This document shows, piece by piece, positions 26,401-38,400 of a stretch of 64,000 nt of DNA. Location: the NCBI RefSeq assembly GCF_009914755.1, contig NC_060926.1; one strand, 5' to 3'. The notes under the pieces were generated by a model, which worked only from the letters and a program-made list of their open reading frames with translations, did not search any database and was not told where the DNA came from. A program made the position numbers and the translations under genes. The stretch comes from the human T2T-CHM13v2.0 reference genome, Homo sapiens. The number at the start of each line of letters is the position of its first letter. The first letter of the stretch is position 1.

Positions 26401-29400
26401 CAGAGTTGAACCTTTCTTTTGAGAGAGCAGTTTTGAAACACTCTTTTTGTGGAATCTGCAAGTGGATATTTGTCTAGCTTTGAGGATTTCGTTGGAAACG
26501 GGATTACATATAAAAAGCAGACAGCAGCATTCCCAGAAACTTCTTTGTGATGTTTGCATTCAAGTCAGAGAGTTGAACATTCCCTTTCATAGAGCAGGTT
26601 TGAGACACTCTTTTTGTAGTATCTGGATGTGGACATTTGGAGCGCTTTCAGGCCTATGGTGAAAAAGGAAATATCTTCCCCTGAAAACTAGACAGAAGCA
26701 TTCTCAGAAACTTATTTGTGATGTGCGCCCTCAACTAACAGTGTTGAAGCTTTCTTTTGATAGAGCAGTTTTGAAACACTCTTTTTGTAATATCTGCAAG
26801 AGGATATTTGGATAGCTTTGAGGATTTCGTTGGAAACGGGATTGTCTTCATGTAAACTCTAGACAGAAGCATTCTCAGAAGCTTCATTGGGTTGTTTCAA
26901 TTGAAGTCACAGTGTTGAACAGTTCCTTTCATAGAACAGGTTTGAAACACTCTTTTTGTAGTATCTGGAAGTGGACATTTGGAGGGCTCTCAGGACTATG
27001 GTGAAAAAGGAAATATCTTCCAATAAAAGCTACATAGAAGCAATGTCAGAAACTTTTTCATGATGTATCTACTCAGCTAACAGAGGTGAACCTTTCCTTT
27101 GAGAGAGCAGTTTTGAAACACTCTTTTTGTGGAATCTGCAAGTGGATATTTGTCTAGCTTTGAGGATTTCGTTGGAAACGGGATTACATATAAAAAGCAG
27201 ACAGCAGCATTCCCAGTAACTTCTTTGTGATGTTTGCATTCAAGTCACAGAGTTGAACATTCCCTTTCATAGAGCAGGTTTGAAACCCTCTTTTGGTAGT
27301 ATCTGGATGTGGACATTTGGAGCGCTTTCAGGCCTATGGTGAAAAAGGAAATATCTTCCCCTGAAAACTAGACAGAAGCATTCTCAGAATCTTATTTGTG
27401 ATGTGCGCCCTCAACTAACAGTGTTGAAGCTTTCTTTTGATAGAGCAGTTTTGAAACACTCTTTTTGTAAAATCTGCAAGAGGATATTTGGATAGCTTTG
27501 AGGATTTCGTTGGAAACGGGATTGTCTTCATATAAACTCTAGACAGAAGCATTCTCAGAAGCTTCATTGGGATGTTTCAATTGAAGTCACAGTGTTGAAC
27601 AGTCCCTTTCATAGAGCAGGTTTGAAACACTCTTTTTGTAGTATCTGGATGTGGACATTTGGAGCGCTTTCAGGCCTATGGTTTAAAAGGAAATATCTTC
27701 CCCTGAAAACTAGACAGAAGCATTCTCAGAAACTTATTTGTGATGTGCGCCCTCAACTAACAGTGTTGAAGCATTCTTTTGATAGAGCAGTTTTGAAACA
27801 CTCTTTTTGTGGAATCTGCAAGTGGATATTTGTCTAGCTTTGAGGATTTCGTTGGAAACGGGATTACATATAAAAAGCAGACAGCAGCATTCCCAGAAAC
27901 TTCTTTGTGATGCTTGCATTCAAGTCACAGAGTTGAACATTCCCTTTCATAGAGCAGGTTTGAAACACTCTTTTTGTAGTATCTGGATGTGGACATTTGG
28001 AGCGCTTTCAGGCCTATGGTGAAAAAGGAAATATCTTCCCCTGAAAACTAGACAGAAGCATTCTCAGAAACTTATTTGTGATGTGCGCCCTCAACTAACA
28101 GTGTTGAACCTTTCTTTTGATAGAGCAGTTTTGAAACGCTCTTTTTGTAATATCTGCAAGAGGATATTTGGATAGCTTTGAGGATTTCGTTGGAAACGGG
28201 ATTGTCTTCATATAAAATCTAGACAGAAGCATTCTCAGAAGCTTCATTGGGATGTTTCAATTGAAGTCACAGTGTTGAACAGTCCCTTTCATAGAGCAGG
28301 TTTGAAACACTCTTTTTGTAGTATCTGGAAGTGGACATTTGGAGAGATCTCAGGAATACGGTGATAAAGGAAATATCTTCCAATAAAAGCTAGATAGAAG
28401 CAATGTCAGAAACTTTTTCATGATGTATCTACTCAGCTAACAGAGTTGAACCTTTCTTTTGAGAGAGCAGTTTTGAAACACTCTTTTTGTGGAATCTGCA
28501 AGTGGATATTTGTCTAGCTTTGAGGATTTCGTTTGAAACGGGATTACATATAAAAAGCAGACAGCAGCATTCCCAGAAACTTCTTTGTGATGTTTGCATT
28601 CAAGTCACAGATTTGAACATTCCCTTTCATAGAGCAGGTTTGAAACACACTTTTTGTAGTATCTGTATGTGGACATTTGGAGCGGTTTCAGGCCTATGGT
28701 GAAAAAGGAAATATCTTCCCCTGAAAACTAGACAGAAGCATTCTCAGAAACCTATTTGTGATGTGCGCCCTCAACTAACAGTGTTTAACCTTTCTTTTGA
28801 TAGAGCAGTTTTGAAACACTCTTTTTGTAATATCTGCAAGAGGATATTTGGATAGCTTTGAGGATTTCGTTGGCAACGGGATTGTCTTCATATAAACTCT
28901 AGACAGAAGCATTCTCAGAAGCTTCATTGGGATGTTTCAATTGAAGTCACACTGTTGAACAGTTCCTTTCATAGAACAGGTTTGAAACACTCTTTTTGTA
29001 GTATCTGGAAGTGGACATTTGGAGCGCTCTCAGGACTACGGTGAAAAAGGAAATATCTTCCAATAAAAGCTACATAGAAGCAATGTCAGAAACTTTTTCA
29101 TGATGTATCTACTCAGCTAACAGAGTTGAACCTTTCCTTTGAGAGAGCAGTTTTGAAACACTCTTTTTGTGGAATCTGCAAGTGGATATTTGTCTAGCTT
29201 TGAGGATTTCGTTGGAAACGGGATTACATATAAAAAGCAGACAGCAGCATTCCCAGTAACTTCTTTGTGATGTTTGCATTCAAGTCAGAGAGTTGAACAT
29301 TCCCTTTCATAGAGCAGGTTTGAAACACTCTTTTTGAAGTACCTGGATGTGGACATTTGGAGCGCTTTCAGGCCTATGGTGAAAAAGGAAATATCTTCCC

Positions 29401-32400
29401 CTGAAAACTAGACAGAAGCATTCTCAGAAACTTATTTGTGATGTGCACCCTCAACTAACAGTGTTGAACCTTTCTTTTGATAGAGCAGTTTTGAAACACT
29501 CTTTTTGTAATATCTGCAAGAGGATATTTGGATAGCTTTGAGGATTTCGTTGGAAACGGGATTGTCTTCATATAAACTCTAGACAGAAGCATTCTCAGAA
29601 GCTTCATTGGGAGGTTTCAATTGAAGTCACAGTGTTGAACAGTCCCTTTCATAGAGCAGGTTTGAAACACTCTTTTTGTAGTATCTGGAAGTGGACATTT
29701 GGAGCGCTCTCAGGACTACGGTGATAAAGGAAATATCTTCCAATAAAAACTAGATAGAAGCAATGTCAGAAACTTTTTCATGATGTATCTACTCAGCTAA
29801 CAGAGTTGAACCTTTCTTTTGAGAGAGCAGTTTTGAAACACTCTTTTTGTGGAATCTGCAAGTGGATATTTGTCTAGATTTGAGGATTTCGTTGGAAACG
29901 GGTTTACATATAAAAAGCAGACAGCAGCATTCCCAGAATCTTCTTTCTGATGTTTGCATTCAAGTCACAGAGTTGAACATTCCCTTTCATAGAGCAGGTT
30001 TGAAACACTCTTTTTGTAGTATCTGGATGTGGACATTTGGAGCGCTTTCAGGCCTATGGTGAAAAAGGAAATATCTTCCCCTGAGAACTAGACAGAAGCA
30101 TTCTCAGAAACTTATTTGTGATGTGCGCCCTCAACTAAAAGTGTTGAACCTTTCTTTTGATAGAGCAGTTTTGAAACACTCTTTTTGTAATATCTGCAAG
30201 AGGATATTTGTATAGCTTTGAGGATTTCGTTGGAAACGGGATTACATATAAAAAGCAGACAGCAGCATTCCCAGAATCTTGTTTGTGATGTTTCCATTCA
30301 AGTCACAGAGTTGAACATTCCCTTTCAGAGAGCAGGTTTGAAACACTCTTTTTATAGTATCTGGATGTGGACATTTGGAGCGCTTTCAGGCCTATGGTGA
30401 AAAAGGAAATATCTTCTCCTGAAAACTAGACAGAAGCATTCTCAGAATCTTATTTGTGATGTGCGCCCTCAACTAACAGTGTTGAAGCTTTCTTTTGATA
30501 GAGCAGTTTTGAAACACTCTTTTCGTAAAATCTGCAAGAGGATATTTTGATAGCTTTGAGGATTTCGTTGGAAACGGGATTGTCTTCATATAAACTCTAG
30601 ACAGAAGCATTCTCAGAAGCTTCATTGGGATGTTTCAATTGAAGTCACAGTGTTGAACAGTCCCTTTCATAGAGCAGGTTTGAAACACTCTTTTTGTAGT
30701 ATCTGGAAGTGGACATTTGGAGCGCTCTCAGGACTCCGGTGATAAAGGAAATATCTTCCAATAAAAGCTAGATAGAAGCAATGTCAGAAACTTTTTCATG
30801 ATGTATCTACTCAGCTAACAGAGTTGAACCTTTCTTTTGAGAGAGCAGTTTTGAAACACTCTTTTTGTGGAATCTGCAAGTGGATATTTGTCTAGCTTTG
30901 AGGATTTCGTTGGAAACGGGATTACATATAAAAAGCAGACAGCAGCATTCCCAGAAACTTCTTTGTGATGTTTGCAATCAAGTCACAGAGTTGAACACTC
31001 CCTTTCATAGAGCAGGTTTGAAACACTCTTTTTGTAGTATCTGGATGTGGACATTTGCAGCGCATTCAGGCCTAAGGTGAAAAAGGAAATATCTTCCCCT
31101 GAAAACTAGACAGAAGCATTCTCAGAAACTTATTTGTGATGTGCGCCCTCAACTAACAGTGTTGAAGCTTTCTTTTGATAGAGCAGTTTTGAAACACTCT
31201 TTTTGTAATATCTGCAAGAGGATATTTGGATAGCTTTGAGGATTTCGTTGGAAACGGGATTGTCTTCATATAAACTCTAGACAGAAGCATTCTCAGAAGC
31301 TTCATTGGGATGTTTCAATTGAAGTCACAGTGTTGAACAGTTCCTTTCATAGAACAGGTTTGAAACACTCTTTTTGTAGTATCTGGAAGTGGATATTTGG
31401 AGCGCTCTCAGGACTATGGTGAAAAAGGAAATATCTTCCAATAAAAGCTACATAGAAGCAATGTCAGAAACTTTTTCATGATGTATCTACTCAGCTAACA
31501 CAGTTGAACCTTTCCTTTGAGAGAGCAGTTTTGAAACACTCTTTTTGTGGAATCTGCAAGTGGATATTTGTCTAGCTTTGAGGATTTCGTTGGAAACGGG
31601 ATTACATATAAAAAGCAGACAGCAGCATTCCCAGTAACTTCTTTGTGATGTTTGCATTCAAGTCACAGAGTTGAACATTCCCTTTCATAGAGCAGGTTTG
31701 AAACACTCTTTTTGTAGTATCTGGATGTGGACATTTGGAGCGCTTTCAGGCCTATGGTGAAAAAGGAAATATCTTCCCCTGAAAACTAGACAGAAGCATT
31801 CTCAGAATCTTATTTGTGATGTGCGCCCTCAACTAACAGTGTTGAAGCTTTCTTTTGATAGAGCAGTTTTGAAACACTCTTTTTGTAAAATCTGCAAGAG
31901 GATATTTGGATAGCTTTGAGGATTTCGTTGGAAACGGGATTGTCTTCATATAAACTCTAGACAGAAGCATTCTCAGAAGCTTCATTGGGATGTTTCAATT
32001 GAAGTCACAGTGTTGAACAGTCCCTTTCATAGAGCAGGTTTGAAACACTCTTTTTGTAGTATCTGGATGTGGACATTTGGAGCGCTTTCAGGCCTATGGT
32101 TTAAAAGGAAATATCTTCCCCTGAAAACTAGACAGAAGCATTCTCAGAAACTTATTTGTGATGTGCGCCCTCAACTAACAGTGTTGAAGCATTCTTTTGA
32201 TAGAGCAGTTTTGAAACACTCTTTTTGTGGAATCTGCAAGTGGATATTTGTCTAGCTTTGAGGATTTCGTTGGAAACGGGATTACATATAAAAAGCAGAC
32301 AGCAGCATTCCCAGAAACTTCTTTGTGATGTTTGCATTCAAGTCACAGAGTTGAACATTCCCTTTCATAGAGCAGGTTTGAAACACTCTTTTTGTAGTAT

Positions 32401-35400
32401 CTGGATGTGGACATTTGGAGCGCTTTCAGGCCTATGGTGAAAAAGGAAATATCTTCCCCTGAAAACTAGACAGAAGCATTCTCAGAAACTTATTTGTGAT
32501 GTGCGCCCTCAACTAACAGTGTTGAAGCTTTCTTTTGATAGAGCAGTTTTGAAACACTCTTTTTGTAATATCTGCAAGAGGATATTTGGATAGCTTTGAG
32601 GATTTCGTTGGAAACGGGATTGTCTTCATATAAACTCTAGACAGAACCATTCTCAGAAGCTTCATTGGGATGTTTCAATTGAAGTCACAGTGTTGAACAG
32701 TCCCTTTCATAGAGCAGGTTTGAAACACTCTTTTTGTAGTATCTGGAAGTGGACATTTGGAGAGATCTCAGGACTACAGTGAAAAAGGAAATATCTTCCA
32801 ATAAAAGCTAGATAGAAGCAATGTCAGAAACTTTTTCATGATGTATCTACTCAGCTAACAGAGTTGAACCTTTCTTTTGAGAGAGCAGTTTTGAAACACT
32901 CTTTTTGTGGAATCTGCAAGTGGATATTTGTCTAGCTTTGAGGATTTCCTTGGAAACGGGATTACATATAAAAAGCAGACAGCAGCATTCCCAGAAACTT
33001 CTTTGTGATGTTTGCATTCAAGTCACAGAGTTGAACATTCCCTTTCATAGAGCAGGTTTGAAACACTCTTTTTGTAGTATCTGGATGTGGACATTTGGAG
33101 CGCTTTCAGGCCTATGGTGAAAAAGGAAATATCTTCCCCTGAAAACTAGACAGAAGCATTCTCAGAAACTTATTTGTGATGTGCGCCCTCAACTAACAGT
33201 GTTGAACCTTTCTTTTGATAGAGCAGTTTTGAAACACTCTTTTTGTAATATCTGCAAGAGGATACTTGGATAGCTTTGAGGATTTCGTTGGAAACGGGAT
33301 TGTCTTCATATAAACTCTAGATAGAAGCATTCTCAGAAGCTTCATTGGGATGTTTCAATTGAAGTCACAGTGTTGAACAGTCCCTTTCATAGAGCAGGTT
33401 TGAAACACTCTTTTTGTAGTATCTGGAAGTGGACATTTGGAGCGCTCTCAGGACTACGGTGATAAAGGAAATATCTTCCAATAAAAGCTAGATAGAAGCA
33501 ATGTCAGAAACTTTTTCATGATGTACCTACTCAGCTAACAGAGTTGAACCTTTCTTTTGAGAGAGCAGTTTTGAAACACTCTTTTTGTGGAATCTGCAAG
33601 TGGATATTTGTCTAGTTTTGAGGATTTCGTTGGAAACGGGATTACATATAAAAAGCAGACAGCAGCATTGTGAGAAACTTCTTTGTGATGTTTGCATTCA
33701 AGTCACAGAGTTGAACATTCCCTTTCATAGAGCAGGTTTGAAACACTCTTTTTGTAGTATCTGGAAGTGGACATTTGGAGCGCTCTCAGGACTGCGGTGA
33801 AAAAGGAAATATCTTCCAATAAAAGCAAGATAGAAGCAATGTCAGAAACTTTTTCATGATGTATCTACTCAGCTAACAGAGTTGAACCTTCCTTTGAGAG
33901 AGCAGTTTTGAAACACTCTTTTTGTGGAATCTGCAAGTGGATATTTGTCTAGCTTTGAGGATTTCGTTGGAAACGGGATTACATATAAAAAGCAGACAGC
34001 AGCATTCCCAGAAACTTCTTTGTGATGTTTGCATTCAAGTCACAGAGTTGAACATTCCCTTTCATATAGCAGGTTTGAAACACTCTTTTTGTAGTATCTG
34101 GATGTGGATATTTGGAGCGATTTCAGGCCTATGGTGAAAAAGGAAATATCTTCCCCTGAAAACTAGACAGAAGCATTCTCAGAATCTTATTTGTGATGTG
34201 CGCCCTCAACTAACAGTGTTGAAGCTTTCTTTTGATAGAGCAGTTTTGAAACATTCTTTTTGTAAAATCTGCAAGAGGATATTTGGATAGCTTTGAGGAT
34301 TTCGTTGGAAACGGGATTGTCTTCATATAAACTCTAGACAGAAGCATTCTCAGAAGCTTCATTGGGATGTTTCAGTTGAAGTCACAGTGTTGAACATTCC
34401 CTTTCATAGAGCAGGTTTGAAACACTCTTTTTGTAGTATCTGGAAGTGGACATTTGGAGCGCTCTCAGGACTGCGGTGAAAAAGGAAATATCTTCCAATA
34501 AAAGCTAGATAGAAGCAATGTCAGAAACTTTTTCATGATGTATCTACTCAGCTAACAGAGTTGAACCTTCCTTTGAGAGAGCAGTTTTGAAACACTCTTT
34601 TTGTGGAATCTGCAAGTGGATATTTGTCTAGCTTTGAGGATTTCGTTGGAAACGGGATTACATATAAAAAGCAGACAGCAGCATTCCCAGAATCTTGTTT
34701 GTGATGTTTGCATTCAAGTCACAGAGTTGAACATTCCCTTTCAGAGAGCAGGTTTGAAACACTCTTTTTATAGTATCTGGATGTGGACATTTGGAGCGCT
34801 TTCAGGCCTATGGTGAAAAAGGAAATATCTTCTCCTGAAAACTAGACAGAAGCATTCTCAGAATCTTATTTGTGATGTGCGCCCTCAACTAACAGTGTTG
34901 AAGCTTTCTTTTGATAGAGCAGTTTTGAAACACACTTTTCGTAAAATCTGCAAGAGGATATTTTGATAACTTTGAGGATTTCGTTGGAAACGGGATTGTC
35001 TTCACATAAACTCTAGACAGAAGCATTCTCAGAAGCTTCATTGGGATGTTTCAATTGAAGTCACAGTGTTGAACAGTCCCTTTCATAGAGCAGGTTTGAA
35101 ACACTCTTTTTGTAGTATCTGGAAGTGGACATTTGGAGAGATCTCAGGAATACGGTGATAAAGGAAATATCTTCCAATAAAAGCTAGATAGAAGCAATGT
35201 CAGAAACTTTTTCATGATGTATCTACTCAGCTAACAGAGTTGAACCTTTCTTTTGAGAGAGCAGTTTTGAAACACTCTTTTTGTGGAATCTGCAAGTGGA
35301 TATTTGTCTAGCTTTGAGGATTTCGTTGGAAACGGGATTACATATAAAAAGCAGACAGCAGCATTCCCAGTAACTTCTTTGTGATGTTTGCATTCAAGTC

Positions 35401-38400
35401 ACAGAGTTGAACATTCCCTTTCATAGAGCAGGTTTGAAACACTCTTTTTGTAGTATCTGGATGTGGACATTTGGAGCGCTTTCAGGCCTATGGTGAAAAA
35501 GGAAATATCTTCCCCTGAAAACTAGCAGAAGAATTCTCAGAATCTTATTTGTGATGTGCGCCCTCAACTAACAGTGTTGAAGCTTTCTTTTGATAGAGCA
35601 GTTTTGAAACACTCTTTTTGTAAAATCTGCAAGAGGATATTTGGATAGCTTTGAGGATTTCGTTGGAAACGGGATTGTCTTCATATAAACTCTAGACAGA
35701 AGCATTCTCAGAAGCTTCATTGGGATGTTTCAATTGAAGTCACAGTGTTGAACAGTCCCTTTCATAGAGCAGGTTTGAAACACTCTTTTTGTAGTATCTG
35801 GAAGTGGACATTTGGAGAGATCTCAGGAATACGGTGATAAAGGAAATATCTTCCAATAAAAGCTAGATAGAAGCAATGTCAGAAACTTTTTCATGATGTA
35901 TCTACTCAGCTAACATAGTTGAACCTTTCTTTTGAGAGAGCAGTTTTGAAACACTCTTTTTGTGGAATCTGCAAGTGGATATTTGTCTAGCTTTGAGGAT
36001 TTCGTTGGAAACGGGATTACATATAAAAAGCAGACAGCAGCATTCCCAGTAACTTCTTTGTGATGTTTGCATTCAAGTCACAGAGTTGAACATTCCCTTT
36101 CATAGAGCAGGTTTGAAACACTCTTTTTGTAGTATCTGGATGTGGACATTTGGAGCGCTTTCAGGCCTATGGTGAAAAAGGAAATATCTTCCCCTGAAAA
36201 CTAGACAGAAGCATTCTCAGAATCTTATTTGTGATGTGCGCCCTCAACTAACAGTGTTGAAGCTTTCTTTTGATAGAGCAGTTTTGAAACACTCTTTTTG
36301 TAAAATCTGCAAGAGGATATTTGGATAGCTTTGAGGATTTCGTTGGAAACGGGATTGTCTTCATATAAACTCTAGACAGAAGAATTCTCAGAAGCGTCAT
36401 TGGGATGTTTCAATTGAAGTCACAGTGTTGAACAGTCCCTTTCATAGAGCAGGTTTGAAACACTCTTTTTGTAGTATCTGGATGTGGACATTTGGAGCGC
36501 TTTCAGGCCTATGGTTTAAAAGGAAATATCTTCCCCTGAAAACTAGACAGAAGCATTCTCAGAAACTTATTTGTGATGTGCGCCCTCAACTAACAGTGTT
36601 GAAGCATTCTTTTGATAGAGCAGTTTTGAAACACTCTTTTTGTGGAATCTGCAAGTGGATATTTGTCTAGCTTTGAGGATTTCGTTGGAAACGGGATTAC
36701 ATATAAAAAGCAGACAGCAGCATTCCCAGAAACTTCTTTGTGATGTTTGCATTCAAGTCACAGAGTTGAACATTCCCTTTCATAGAGCAGGTTTGAAACA
36801 CTCTTTTTGTAGTATCTGGATGTGGACCTTTGGAGCGCTTTCAGGCCTATGGTGAAAAAGGAAATATCTTCCCCTGAAAACTAGACAGAAGCATTCTCAG
36901 AGTCTTATTTGTGATGTGCGCCCTCAACGAACAGTGTTGAAGCTTTCTTTTGATAGAGCAGTTTTGAAACACTCTTTTTGTAATATCTGCAAGAGGATAT
37001 TTGGATAGCTTTGAGGATTTCTCTGGAAACGGGATTGTCTTCATATAAACTCTAGACAGAAGCATTCTCAGAAGCTTCATTGGGATGTTTCAATTGAAGT
37101 CACAGTGTTGAACAGTCCCTTTCATAGAGCAGGTTTGAAACACTCTTTTTGTAGTATCTGGAAGTGGACATTTGGAGCGCTCTCAGGACTGCGGTGAAAA
37201 AGGAAATATCTTCCAATAAAAGCTAGATAGAAGCAATGTCAGAAACTTTTTCATGATGTATCTACTCAGCTAACAGAGTTGAACCTTCCTTTGAGAGAGC
37301 AGTTTTGAAACACTCTTTTTGTGGAATCTGCAAGTGGATATTTGTCTAGCTTTGAGGATTTCGTTGGAAACGGGATTACATATAAAAAGCAGACAGCAGC
37401 ATTCCCAGAAACTTCTTTGTGATGTTTGCATTCAAGTCACAGAGTTGAACATTCCCTTTCATAGAGCAGGTTTGAAACACTCTTTTTGTAGTATCTGGAT
37501 GTGGACATTTGCAGCGCTTTCAGGCCTAAGGTGAAAAAGGAAATATCTTCCCCTGAAAATTAGACAGAAGCATTCTCAGAAACTTATTTGTGATGTGCGC
37601 CCTCAACTAACAGTGTTGAAGCTTTCTTTTGATAGAGCAGTTTTCAAACACTCTTTTTGTAATATCTGCAAGAGGATATTTGGATAGCTTTCAGGATTTC
37701 GTTGGAAACGGGATTGTCTTCATATAAACTCTAGACAGAAGCATTCTCAGAAGCTTCATTGGGATGTTTCAATTGAAGTCACAGTGTTGAACAGTTCCTT
37801 TCATAGAACAGGTTTGAAACACTCTTTTTGTAGTATCTGGAAGTGGACATTTGGAGCGCTCTCAGGACTATGGTGAAAAAGGAAATATCTTCCAATAAAA
37901 GCTACATAGAAGCTATGTCAGAAACTTTTTCATGATGTATCTACTCAGCTAACAGAGTTGAACCTTTCCTTTGAGAGAGCAGTTTTGAAACACTCTTTTT
38001 GTGGAATCTGCAAGTGGATATTTGTCTAGCTTTGAGGATTTCGTTGGAAACGGGATTACATATAAAAAGCAGACAGCAGCATTCCCAGTAACTTCTTTGT
38101 GATGTTTGCATTCAAGTCACAGAGTTGAACATTCCCTTTCATAGAGCAGGTTTGAAACACTCTTTTTGTAGTATCTGGATGTGGACATTTGGAGCGCTTT
38201 CAGGCCTATGGTGAAAAAGGAAATATCTTCCCCTGAAAACTAGACAGAAGCATTCTCAGAATCTTATTTGTGATGTGCGCCCTCAACTAACAGTGTTGAA
38301 GCTTTCTTTTGATAGAGCAGTTTTGAAACACTCTTTTTGTAAAATCTGCAAGAGGATATTTGGATAGCTTTGAGGATTTCGTTGGAAACGGGATTGTCTT

